From Mycobacterium tuberculosis H37Rv (GTDB lineage Bacteria; Actinomycetota; Actinomycetes; Mycobacteriales; Mycobacteriaceae): a stretch of DNA of 32,000 bases. Shown here piece after piece: positions 9,379 to 19,969 of this stretch. The translations under genes and the position numbers were made by a program. Location of the stretch: contig NC_000962.3 in the NCBI RefSeq assembly GCF_000195955.2, positions 1,380,001-1,412,000 of the forward strand, read 5' to 3'. Every line of letters begins with the position of its first letter. Positions within the stretch are counted from its first letter, which is position 1. The notes below the pieces were generated by a model. The model saw only the letters and a program-made list of their open reading frames with translations, had not been told where the DNA came from and did not search any database.

Positions 9379-12300
9379 ATCTCCTGCTGTTCGACGGCGT
9401 GCACCTTCGACGAGCCTGACGACGGGGCTGACATCGCCCGGCGCGAGATTCGCTTGATCCCGGCCAACTTGTCAGGCAGCAGCTCGGGTAGTTCGAGCCC
9501 GAATCGCGGCCACGCACCCTGGTTGGCCGGTTCCTCTTGGACCCAGAAGAACTCCTTGACGTTCTCGTAGCGGTCCAGCGTTTCACGCAGTCGACGCCTG
9601 GGCAGCGGGGCGAGCTGTTCAAGCCGCACGATCGCGAGGTCATTGCGGTTGTCCTTGGCCTTGCGGGCGGCCAGCTCGTAATACAGCTTGCCACTGGTCA
9701 GCAGGATCCGGCTGACCTTGTTGCGGTCTCCGATGCCGTCCTCATAGGTGGGTTCCTCCAGCACTGAGCGGAACTTGATCTCGGTGAAGTCCTTGATTTC
9801 GCTGACGGCGGCCTTGTGACGCAACATCGACTTGGGCGTGAACACGATCAGCGGGCGTTGGATGCCGTCCAGGGCATGCCGGCGTAGCAGGTGGAAGTAG
9901 TTCGACGGAGTCGACGGCATCGCGATGGTCATCGAACCTTCCGCCCACAACTGCAAGAAGCGTTCGATCCGGGCAGAAGTGTGGTCGGGTCCCTGCCCCT
10001 CGTGCCCGTGCGGTAACAGCAGCACGACGTTGGACAATTGGCCCCACTTGGCCTCACCGGAGCTGATGAACTCGTCGATGATCGACTGCGCGCCGTTGAC
10101 GAAGTCGCCGAACTGCGCCTCCCAGAGCACCACGGCGTCCGGATTGCCCACAGTGTAGCCGTACTCGAAGCCGACGGCGGCGTACTCCGACAGTGGCGAG
10201 TCGTAGACCAGGAACTTTCCGCCGGTCGGGCTGCCGTCGGAGTTGGTCGCCAGCAGCTGCAGTGGTGTGAACTCCTCGCCAGTGTGGCGGTCGATGAGAA
10301 CCGAATGCCGCTGGGAGAAGGTGCCGCGGCGGCTGTCCTGCCCCGACAAGCGCACCAGCTTGCCTTCGGCCACCAGCGAGCCCAGCGCCAGCAGCTCGCC
10401 AAAGGCCCAGTCGATCTTGCCTTCATAGGCCATCTCCCGGCGCTTCTCCAGCACCGGTTGGACTCGCGGGTGCGCGGTGAAGCCGTTCGGCAAGGCGAGG
10501 AACGCATCGCCGATCCGGGCCAGCAGCGACTTGTCCACCGCAGTGGCCAGCCCCGCGGGAATCATCTGGTCGGACTCGACCGACTCGCTCGGCTGCACAC
10601 CGTGCTTCTCCAGCTCGCGCACTTCGTTGAACACCCGTTCCAGCTGGCCCTGGTAGTCGCGCAGCGCGTCCTCGGCCTCCTTCATCGAGATGTCGCCACG
10701 TCCGATCAGGGCTTCGGTGTAGCTTTTGCGGGCCCCGCGCTTGGTGTCGACGACGTCGTACACGTAGGGGTTGGTCATCGACGGGTCGTCACCCTCGTTG
10801 TGCCCGCGGCGGCGGTAGCACAGCATGTCGATGACGACGTCCTTCTTGAACCGTTGTCGGAAGTCCACCGCCAACCGCGCCACCCAGACACACGCCTCCG
10901 GGTCGTCGCCGTTGACGTGAAAGATCGGTGCCCCGATCATCTTTGCGACGTCGGTGCAGTACTCGCTGGACCTGGAATACTCGGGCGCGGTGGTGAAGCC
11001 GATCTGGTTGTTGACGATGATGTGGATGGTGCCGCCGACGCGGTAGCCCGGCAGATTCGCCAGGTTCAGCGTCTCGGCGACCACACCCTGACCGGCGAAC
11101 GCGGCATCGCCATGCAACATCAGCGGCACCACCGAGAACGCCCGTTGGCCGTCGCTGTCGATGCTTCCGTGGTCGAGCAGATCCTGCTTGGCCCGCACCA
11201 ATCCCTCCAGCACCGGGTCGACGGCCTCCAGATGCGACGGGTTGGCGGTCAGCGACACCTGAATGTCGTTGTCGCCGAACATCTGCAGGTACAGCCCGGT
11301 GGCGCCCAGGTGGTACTTGACGTCACCGGAGCCGTGCGCCTGCGACGGATTCAGGTTGCCCTCGAACTCGGTGAAGATCTGCGAGTACGGCTTGCCGACG
11401 ATGTTGGCCAGCACGTTGAGCCGGCCCCGGTGCGGCATCCCGATGACCACCTCGTCGAGGCCGTGCTCAGCGCACTGGTCGATCGCCGCGTCCATCATCG
11501 GGATCACGCTTTCGGCGCCTTCCAGCGAGAACCGCTTCTGGCCGACGTACTTGGTCTGTAGGAACGTTTCAAAGGCCTCGGCGGCGTTGAGCTTGCTGAG
11601 GATGTATTTCTGTTGGGCCACAGTGGGTTTGACGTGCTTGGTCTCGACCCGTTGTTCGAGCCACTCCTTTTGTTCGGGGTCGAGGATATGGGCGTACTCC
11701 ACGCCGATGTGGCGGCAGTAGGCATCGCGCAGCAAGCCCAGCACGTCGCGCAGTTTCTTGTACTGCGCACCGGCAAAGCCGTCGACCTTGAACACCCGAT
11801 CGAGATCCCACAGCGTCAGGCCGTGGGTCAGCACTTCGAGGTCGGGGTGACTGCGGAACCGAGCTTTGTCCAACCGCAGCGGGTCGGTATCGGCCATCAG
11901 ATGGCCGCGGTTGCGGTAGGCCGCGATCAAGTTCATGACGCGAGCGTTCTTGTCGACGATCGAGTCGGGGTTGTCGGTGCTCCAGCGCACCGGCAGATAT
12001 GGGATGCTCAGTTCGCGGAAGACCTCGTCCCAGAAGCCATCCGAGAGCAGCAACTCGTGGATGGTGCGCAGGAAGTCGCCCGATTCCGCGCCCTGGATGA
12101 TGCGGTGGTCGTAGGTGGAGGTCAAAGTGATCAATTTGCCGATGCCCAGCTCGGCGATGCGTTCCTCGCTGGCGCCTTGAAACTCGGCGGGGTATTCCAT
12201 GGCGCCCACGCCGATGATGGCGCCCTGGCCGGGCATCAGCCGCGGCACCGAATGCACGGTGCCGATGGTTCCGGGATTGGTCAGCGAAATCGTCACGCCG

Positions 12301-13052
12301 GCAAAGTCTTCAGTGGTCAGCTTGCCGTCGCGGGCCCGGCGTACGATGTCTTCGTAGGCCGTGACGAACTGCGCGAATCGCATGGTCTCGCACCGCTTGA
12401 TGCCGGCCACCACCAGGGAACGCTTCCCGTCCTTGCCTTGCAGGTCGATCGCCAGGCCGAGATTGGTGTGCGCCGGCGTGACCGCGGTGGGCTTGCCGTC
12501 GACTTCGGTGTAGTGCCGGTTCATGTTCGGGAATTTCTTCACCGCCTGCACCAGGGCGTAGCCCAGCAAATGCGTGAACGAGATCTTGCCGCCGCGGGTC
12601 CGCTTCAACTGGTTGTTGATGACGATCCGGTTGTCGATCAGTAGCTTGGCCGGGACCGCCCGGACGCTGGTCGCCGTCGGCACCTCCAACGACGCGGACA
12701 TGTTCTTGACGACGGCCGCGGCGGCGCCGCGCAGCACCGCTACCTCGTCACCTTCGGCTGGCGGGGGAACGGCAGTTTTGGCGGCCAGTGCGGCGACCAC
12801 GCCGTTGCCCGCGGCCGCGGTGTCGGCCGGCTTGGGGGGTGCCTGCGGGGCGGCCGCAGCGGCCCGCTCGGCAACGAGTGGCGAGGTAACCCGGGTTGGT
12901 TCGGCAGCTGGTTGGGAGGTGGGTTCGGGGCTGTAGTCAACCAGGAACTCGTGCCAGCTGGGATCGACCGAGGAGGGGTCGTCGCGGAACTTGCGGTACA
13001 TCTCTTCGACCAGCCATTCGTTTTGCCCGAATGGTGAACTTATGTTGGCCAC
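9357..13052 (-). CDS. kgd: Multifunctional 2-oxoglutarate decarboxylase / dehydrogenase E1 fused to an E2-like acyltransferase domain
   Basis: 1231 aa, GTG start. E2 catalytic motif '[12 protein letters not shown]', E1 '[14 protein letters not shown]', TPP-related '[18 protein letters not shown]', C-terminal E1 '[10 protein letters not shown]'. Confidence 0.96.
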   Translation of the reverse strand: MANISSPFGQNEWLVEEMYRKFRDDPSSVDPSWHEFLVDYSPEPTSQPAAEPTRVTSPLVAERAAAAAPQAPPKPADTAAAGNGVVAALAAKTAVPPPAEGDEVAVLRGAAAAVVKNMSASLEVPTATSVRAVPAKLLIDNRIVINNQLKRTRGGKISFTHLLGYALVQAVKKFPNMNRHYTEVDGKPTAVTPAHTNLGLAIDLQGKDGKRSLVVAGIKRCETMRFAQFVTAYEDIVRRARDGKLTTEDFAGVTISLTNPGTIGTVHSVPRLMPGQGAIIGVGAMEYPAEFQGASEERIAELGIGKLITLTSTYDHRIIQGAESGDFLRTIHELLLSDGFWDEVFRELSIPYLPVRWSTDNPDSIVDKNARVMNLIAAYRNRGHLMADTDPLRLDKARFRSHPDLEVLTHGLTLWDLDRVFKVDGFAGAQYKKLRDVLGLLRDAYCRHIGVEYAHILDPEQKEWLEQRVETKHVKPTVAQQKYILSKLNAAEAFETFLQTKYVGQKRFSLEGAESVIPMMDAAIDQCAEHGLDEVVIGMPHRGRLNVLANIVGKPYSQIFTEFEGNLNPSQAHGSGDVKYHLGATGLYLQMFGDNDIQVSLTANPSHLEAVDPVLEGLVRAKQDLLDHGSIDSDGQRAFSVVPLMLHGDAAFAGQGVVAETLNLANLPGYRVGGTIHIIVNNQIGFTTAPEYSRSSEYCTDVAKMIGAPIFHVNGDDPEACVWVARLAVDFRQRFKKDVVIDMLCYRRRGHNEGDDPSMTNPYVYDVVDTKRGARKSYTEALIGRGDISMKEAEDALRDYQGQLERVFNEVRELEKHGVQPSESVESDQMIPAGLATAVDKSLLARIGDAFLALPNGFTAHPRVQPVLEKRREMAYEGKIDWAFGELLALGSLVAEGKLVRLSGQDSRRGTFSQRHSVLIDRHTGEEFTPLQLLATNSDGSPTGGKFLVYDSPLSEYAAVGFEYGYTVGNPDAVVLWEAQFGDFVNGAQSIIDEFISSGEAKWGQLSNVVLLLPHGHEGQGPDHTSARIERFLQLWAEGSMTIAMPSTPSNYFHLLRRHALDGIQRPLIVFTPKSMLRHKAAVSEIKDFTEIKFRSVLEEPTYEDGIGDRNKVSRILLTSGKLYYELAARKAKDNRNDLAIVRLEQLAPLPRRRLRETLDRYENVKEFFWVQEEPANQGAWPRFGLELPELLPDKLAGIKRISRRAMSAPSSGSSKVHAVEQQEILDEAFG

Positions 13053-13193
13053 GGCCGCTGTTCGCCTCGATTCTTCTGCTAGTTGAAGTCCTGCAAGCGC
13101 ATTGCGCGGCGCCTGCTGGCAGTCGGTGAACGGTCTGCCCCATAAAGGCTAACGCTTTGCCAGCGATTCGCCAGAGAGACCGGGCAACGCGCG

Positions 13194-13982
13194 CTAGCTG
13201 GCATCCCGAACGGTCGGTAGCACGTGCAGGGTGACCGGCCAGCGCGCCGGCGGGGTGCCGAATGCCGATCGCGCATTACGGACGAGCTTCTTGCCGACCA
13301 GCCGATTGCCGATGGCGCCGATGATCGCGCCGATACCCATCGGCACCAGCTTGCCAAACATGAGCGCGCCGCGTTTCAGCGCGAATCGTTTGACGACGTA
13401 TTTGAGCATTCGCGAGTTCAACGACGATATCGCCGGCAGCGGCAGCGAGGCCATGGTCTCCGACACCCAGCCGCCGCTGGTTCGGCCCGGACCGAGCAGA
13501 TCGGCCACCGCAGTAGTGTTGTCGCCGACCAGCACCGCCAAGACCAGGGCACGGCGCCGTTCTCGGTGGTCGAGGGGAATGGCGTGTACCGAGGCCAGCG
13601 CCAGCACGAACAGCGCGGTGGCCTCAAGGAACACGACAACCTCTCCGGCCGCGGCGAACCATGCGGCCAGGGTGCCGATCCCCGGTAAGGTCGCGGCCGC
13701 ACCTACCGCCGCTCCACTGGCCGTCACCACCGACAAGAAGCGTTTCTCGAGCTTGGCTACGATCTTGGCGGGGCTGGCCCCCGGGTGGGCGCGACGCAGG
13801 CGGGCCACATACGCCTGTGCTGCCGGGCCCTGTATCCGCGAACTCCGTTCGATGACCTGCGCCAATGCCCGCGTGGACACTTTGGGCCGCCCGCCGGTCC
13901 CGGCCAGCTGCGGGTCCGGCTCAGCTGCATTTGCGGATCGATTGTCGAACCTTTTCCAAGACCTGATTCGTCGAGCGCTCAT
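13194..13982 (-). CDS. Conserved membrane protein
   Basis: 262 aa with hydrophobic segments 'GTLAAWFAAAGEVVVFLEATALFVLALA' and 'LVPMGIGAIIGAIGNRLVG'. Recognised as Rv1249c. Confidence 0.8.
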   Translation of the reverse strand: MSARRIRSWKRFDNRSANAAEPDPQLAGTGGRPKVSTRALAQVIERSSRIQGPAAQAYVARLRRAHPGASPAKIVAKLEKRFLSVVTASGAAVGAAATLPGIGTLAAWFAAAGEVVVFLEATALFVLALASVHAIPLDHRERRRALVLAVLVGDNTTAVADLLGPGRTSGGWVSETMASLPLPAISSLNSRMLKYVVKRFALKRGALMFGKLVPMGIGAIIGAIGNRLVGKKLVRNARSAFGTPPARWPVTLHVLPTVRDAS

Positions 13983-14178
13983 CTTCTCTCCTGCGAATGG
14001 CGTCCCCTCAGGCTAATGCCGGTTCAACGATCCGAGCATGTGTTTCGGTAGCGGCGCGGTTCACCGCTCGAAGCGGAATAATGCGGCGTGGACATTGGTG
14101 ACGATACGGGTTGCCCTGGTGCATGCCGTGACGCCCGTGACCCAATGCCACCGCTAGCAAGCCAAACGAGGTGCGTGT

Positions 14179-15918
14179 ATGACTACGGCGATACGCCGGG
14201 CGGCCGGGAGCAGCTACTTCCGAAACCCCTGGCCTGCGCTGTGGGCGATGATGGTTGGCTTCTTCATGATCATGCTCGACTCCACCGTCGTAGCCATCGC
14301 GAATCCGACCATCATGGCCCAGCTACGCATCGGTTACGCCACCGTGGTTTGGGTGACCAGCGCCTATCTGCTGGCCTACGCGGTGCCAATGCTGGTGGCC
14401 GGCCGGCTTGGCGACCGGTTCGGCCCGAAGAATCTCTACCTGATTGGCCTGGGGGTATTCACCGTTGCGTCGCTGGGGTGCGGTCTGTCGAGCGGTGCCG
14501 GCATGCTGATTGCCGCTCGAGTGGTGCAAGGCGTCGGCGCCGGATTGCTTACCCCGCAGACGCTGTCGACGATAACGCGGATCTTCCCGGCTCATCGCCG
14601 CGGTGTCGCGCTGGGCGCATGGGGCACCGTCGCCAGTGTCGCCAGCCTGGTGGGACCGTTGGCCGGCGGCGCGCTGGTCGACAGCATGGGGTGGGAGTGG
14701 ATTTTCTTCGTCAACGTTCCCGTCGGCGTCATCGGCCTGATCCTGGCGGCCTATCTGATTCCGGCACTACCCCACCACCCGCATCGGTTCGATTGGTTCG
14801 GCGTCGGATTGTCTGGTGCGGGAATGTTTCTGATTGTCTTCGGACTACAGCAGGGCCAGTCCGCCAATTGGCAGCCTTGGATTTGGGCGGTGATCGTCGG
14901 CGGTATCGGGTTTATGTCGCTGTTCGTTTACTGGCAGGCGCGGAACGCCCGCGAGCCGCTGATCCCACTGGAGGTCTTCAACGACCGGAACTTCAGCTTG
15001 TCCAACCTCAGGATAGCGATCATCGCCTTCGCGGGGACGGGGATGATGCTGCCGGTGACGTTTTATGCGCAGGCGGTGTGTGGGTTGTCGCCGACCCACA
15101 CGGCCGTGCTGTTCGCGCCGACGGCGATCGTCGGTGGCGTGCTGGCCCCGTTCGTCGGCATGATCATTGACAGGTCCCATCCGTTGTGCGTACTGGGTTT
15201 CGGCTTCTCGGTGCTGGCGATCGCAATGACATGGCTCTTATGCGAGATGGCTCCGGGCACGCCCATCTGGCGGCTGGTGTTGCCGTTCATCGCGTTAGGC
15301 GTTGCTGGGGCGTTCGTGTGGTCGCCGCTGACCGTCACCGCGACCCGCAATCTACGGCCGCACCTGGCCGGTGCGAGCTCAGGTGTGTTCAACGCCGTCC
15401 GGCAGCTGGGGGCTGTGCTGGGGAGCGCGAGCATGGCCGCGTTCATGACGTCGCGCATCGCCGCCGAGATGCCCGGTGGTGTGGACGCCCTTACCGGTCC
15501 CGCCGGGCAGGACGCTACCGTGTTGCAGCTGCCCGAGTTCGTGCGCGAACCCTTCGCGGCCGCGATGTCGCAATCGATGCTGTTGCCCGCCTTCGTCGCC
15601 CTATTCGGGATCGTTGCCGCGTTGTTCCTGGTTGACTTCACCGGTGCTGCGGTTGCCAAAGAGCCGTTGCCCGAATCCGATGGCGACGCTGACGACGACG
15701 ACTATGTCGAGTACATCCTTCGTCGGGAACCGGAAGAGGATTGCGACACCCAGCCGCTGCGGGCGTCGCGCCCGGCAGCGGCCGCAGCGTCACGCAGCGG
15801 TGCTGGGGGTCCGCTGGCGGTCAGCTGGTCGACGTCAGCCCAAGGAATGCCCCCAGGTCCACCAGGCCGTCGGGCGTGGCAGGCAGATACTGAGTCAACA
15901 GCTCCGAGCGCACTATAA
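14179..15918 (+). CDS. MFS drug exporter, 14-TM EmrB/QacA-like
   Basis: 579 aa. '[18 protein letters not shown]', '[20 protein letters not shown]', '[16 protein letters not shown]' (DHA2 family motifs). Rv1250. Confidence 0.93.
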
Positions 15919-18900
15919 CCGCGGCATACTGTGCCCGACTGACCGCGACGTTGAGCCGATTCCGGTTGAGCAGGAACGAGATTCCGCGTGGAACATCGTC
16001 GGCGGACGAGGCCGTCATCGAGATGAAGACCACCGGTGCCTGCCCGCCCTGGAATTTGTCGACGGTGCCTACCCGTACTCCGTCAGCCCCGCCAAGTCCG
16101 GCAGACGCCAACCGCCGACGGACCAGCGCCACCTGGGCGTTGTACGGCGCGAGCACAAGCACATCGGAAGCGGCCAGTGGCCGGGTGCCGTGCTCGTCGG
16201 TCCACGGCGAGCCGAGCAGCTGCCGCAGCTCGGCGAGGATCGCCTCGGCCTCTTCGGGGCTTTCGATCGAATTGCCCTTGTGGTGCACGCCACGCGTATG
16301 CACCCCCGGGGGATACCCGTCGAGGCGGCGCACGGCGGTGCGCTCGGTGTGGGAACACAGCCTGCCCTCGTAGGACAACGCCGACACGGCCGCGCACACC
16401 GCCGGGTGCATCCGGTACGAGCGGTCTAAGAAGTAGCCGCGTTCGTCGGGCAGCGTGTGTTGCCCATCTACCAGCCACGACAATGCGGAGGTGTCGACGG
16501 GTTCGGGATGTGTGCCCTGACTTACCTGAGGCAGTTGCTGTGGATCGCCAAGCAGCAACAGGTTTGTGGCCGCGGGCGCCACGGCGATGGTATTGGCCAG
16601 GCAGAACTGGCCAGCCTCGTCGATCACCAGCAGATCCAGGCTGGCTTTCGGCACCCGATTGCCGTTGGCGAAGTCCCACGCCGTGCCGCCGATCACGCAT
16701 CCGGCGGTGTCGCGGATGAATTCTGTGTACTGGCTCCCGTCGATCGACTGCCAGCGCCCAGCGGTGTGGTCGTGCGGCTTTTTGGCGACCTGCCCCGGGT
16801 CCAGGCCAGCGCTGATCACACCTTCCAACAGGTTCTCCACCGTGGCGTGCGACTGGGCGACAACGCCAATACGCCAGGCATGCTCGGTGACCAACTCCGC
16901 GATCACCCGGGCCGCGGTGTATGTCTTGCCGGTCCCCGGAGGGCCGTGCACCGCCAGGTATGACGAGTCCAAGTCCAGCGCCGCCGCGGCGATATCGGTG
17001 ACTGGGTCACTGCTGCGGGGCAATGCGGCGCCGCTGCGCGTGCGAGGAGGGCGACGCAGCAGCACGTCCATTAGCGCGGTGCTGGGCAGTTGCGGCGATC
17101 CGGAAGCCACGGCAGCGGCCGTCGATTCGATCGATTCCCGCAGGGCCGTCGTCGGCACCGGCGGCCCGGGAGCGAGCGCGAACGGGAGCTGCTGAAATGT
17201 ATTGCCGTCACTGCCGGTTCGTTCGACGATGACCACCTCGGTGGGCACAGTGGGGTCGTCGGTCTCAACCACTGCGGCGGGGCCCGCGGCTCGGCGATCA
17301 GGATTGTCGGTCATGCCCGGCGGCGCCGGGGGTTCGTAGAGGGCAAACACATTCCCGTTGAGGTCCCCACGTGCCAGTTCACCGGTAAGCCGGACCCGCC
17401 GCTGCGGCTTGCGCGCGCGAGGCGGCATATGCCAGTCGACGGTGACCGAAGCCTCGCTGGCAAGGAAGACGTCCGTGCTGTCCGACCATTCGTCGACGGG
17501 GTAGTTGAGCCGGTCGAAGTGCGCCCACCAGAACGGCTTGTCCTCGCGGCGATGATAGCCGCGGGCAGCGGCCAGCAAGGCGACCGCTGTCTGTTCCGGC
17601 GTGCGCTCGCCGGCGGCGGCATCGCCGGTGAACTTGGACAGTACCGACGCCAGCGAGTCACCGTCGTCGATAGGGTCGGCGTCCGGAACTGGTTGAGCGC
17701 CAATGGGTGTGACGCCGGCTTCCCAGGCGCGCATGAGCAGCCAGTCACGCAGCGCGCGGGTGGACCGGCAGTCGTAGTGGTTGTAGCCTTCGATCTCTTT
17801 GAGCACGGTTGCCGCCTCATCGATGCGGCCGGCCGCGCGCAGTTCGCAGTACCGGGCATAGGAGTTGATCGAGTCGGCGGCGGTGGTGACGTCGCCGGAG
17901 CGTGGCTGCGTCCCGAGGTACAGCGGCTCCAGCGCCTTCAAGCTGAACGAGTCGGTGCCCACCCGAATGCTCTTGCGTACCAACGGGTATAAGTCCACCA
18001 GGACTCCGTTGCGCAGCAAGTCGTCGACGTCGTCCTCGCCGATGCCGTAGCGTCCGACCAGCCGCAGCAGCGCGGTCTTCTCGTAGGGCGCGTAGTGGTA
18101 GATGTGCATGTTGGGGTGGCGCCGGCGCCGTCTGGCGACTATCGCCAGGAAATCGGTCAGCGCCTGGCGTTCGGCTGTCCGGTCATGCGCCCACAATGGT
18201 CGGAATACTCCCGCCCGTCCGGCTTCCAGCACCCCGAACAGGTATTCCAGGCCCCACTGTTTGCCGTCGGCGGTCCACAGCGGGTCACCCTCGAAGTCGA
18301 AGAACAGGTCGCCGGGGTTTGGCTCCGGCAGCAGTGTCAGCGGCCGCGGGTCGACGATCTCGAACTGTGGTGCTCCCGTATCGCGTTGGCGGATTTGCAG
18401 TTTGGCCTGTGCGGTCAGCTTGCCCAGCGCGTTCGTGGTCAGGCCGGGAACCGGCGCGGTGTGATCTGCCAGTTCGGCGATCGTGGTGATGCCGGCCTCA
18501 AGGAGCTTGTCGCGCTGGCGGACTCGCATCCCTCCGACCAGTAGCAGATCGTCGCTGGCGCGCAGCCGCTCGGTGCACTGCGGACAGCGGAAGCACGCCT
18601 GCACGCGTTCGTCGTCCCAGCGCACCGCGGTGCCCGCGGTGTAGTGGCCGTCCAGCAATCGCTGTAAAAGCGCACGCTGGGACCGGTAGACCGGGATGAG
18701 CTCGCCGACGCGGTAGCGCACGATCGTGCCGTCGCCGAGTTCGAGCTCGGCGTCGGCAGCCACCGGAACGCCCGAGTGAACCAGCGCATCGGCATAGGCC
18801 GCCAGCTGTAGCAGCGCGGTCACGGTTGGCGAGCGGGCGAGCTTGGTGTCGGCGACCCGGTACCGGTGACCGTCGCGGATCAGGAAGTCGGCGAACCCGA

Positions 18901-19240
18901 CGAAGCGGCCGTCGAACATGGCGGCCTGATACACCACCGGGGCGTGGTTGGCGATGGCACGTCGCGTCGCGTCGGCGGCTGCCGCCAGCCCGGCGGGCGT
19001 GTAGGCCGGCCGGCCAATGATAGCCACCGCGTCGCCGAACTCGTGGCGCAGTTGGTCGAGTCGGCGTCCTTCATGCGCGCTACCGAGAACGGCGGCTCGC
19101 GCCATCAGTTCGTCGTCAACTGCGACGGCCGGTCCCCGGCCTAGTTTCGCGTCGAATTCACGGAGCAGTGCGTACTGGCACCGGGCGGCGGCTGCGAGAT
19201 CCGAAGCACTGTAGACGATGCTGTCACCGGTGACGAACAC
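15821..19240 (-). CDS. TM0106-type RecB-like nuclease + RNase H-like (DEDD) domain + SF1/UPF1-like helicase fusion
   Basis: About 1139 aa (ORF opens to 19264). Cys cluster C29 and 'CFRCPQC', '[10 protein letters not shown]', '[16 protein letters not shown]', 'GPPGTGKT', 'VIDEAGQF', '[18 protein letters not shown]', 'RLNVAVSRA'. Rv1251c; exact start uncertain. Confidence 0.9.
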
Positions 19241-19295
19241 AGCAGCAACTCCTCGGTGAGACAACGGACAGGCAAACTGGGCTGCACCCGTCGGC

Positions 19296-19904
19296 TTAAC
19301 CGCCGGTGGTGTTGCCGATCAGCTCGACGCCGCCGCCGTTCCAGCGGAACTTGACAACGTTGTTCAACCCGATGCCGCTGGCATACGTCAATGCCACCGT
19401 GTCTCCCGTGCACTGCGAGGTGTCGATGCCGGTGAACCCATAGGTATCGGGCACCCCCTGCGGTATGTACTTGCCGAGGTGGAACATCACCGCGCGGGTG
19501 GTCGGATTGCCGGCGTTCGTGTTGGCCTTGATGACCACCGCCGACAGCTGGGCACACTCGTTGTAGTTGCCGGCCAGCGGTTCTGGGTTCCAGGGCTGCT
19601 CACTGCGCGGATCGCGAGGAAGTTCGGAGACGACTTTGGCGATTGTGGGCGAGGCGAGGTTCACCGCACACGGGTCGACCGGCGCGGCGCTGTGGTTGCT
19701 GGGTGGGGCAGCTGTCGCGGACGGCGGGCTCGGTTCGCTGCTCGGCGGGGCCGGGTGAGCAGTTGACAGGGATGGGGTGGCCTCCGGCGTCTTAGCGACC
19801 GTGGAGTCGCCCGAACCGCAACCGGTCAACGTCGCGGCGACCAATGCAGCGACCACGCCAACACGCGGCGTGGTGGGGCAGGGTGGTGACCACACACCGG
19901 GCAC
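19296..19904 (-). CDS. lprE: Lipoprotein LprE
   Basis: 202 aa, GTG start, signal peptide with lipobox 'LTGC', then a Pro/Ser/Thr-rich linker. Confidence 0.85.
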   Translation of the reverse strand: MPGVWSPPCPTTPRVGVVAALVAATLTGCGSGDSTVAKTPEATPSLSTAHPAPPSSEPSPPSATAAPPSNHSAAPVDPCAVNLASPTIAKVVSELPRDPRSEQPWNPEPLAGNYNECAQLSAVVIKANTNAGNPTTRAVMFHLGKYIPQGVPDTYGFTGIDTSQCTGDTVALTYASGIGLNNVVKFRWNGGGVELIGNTTGG

Positions 19905-19969
19905 CGTACCGCCATCGGGCCCGCGGGTGCGGTAGGCGTGGCCGGGTCACCACTAAACTTGACGGCCTG

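Noticed and set aside
10038-12644. Long plus-strand ORFs (507 aa and 343 aa) antisense to kgd
   Set aside because: Gln/Arg/His-rich translations with no domain motifs, a normal shadow-ORF effect in high-GC genes; kgd is unambiguous on the other strand.
14088-15170. 360-aa plus-strand ORF overlapping Rv1250 in another frame
   Set aside because: Arg/Gly/Cys-rich out-of-frame translation, whereas Rv1250 has full MFS motifs.
17090-17992. 300-aa plus-strand ORF opposite the nuclease-helicase
   Set aside because: Shadow ORF; the helicase frame is conserved and motif rich.
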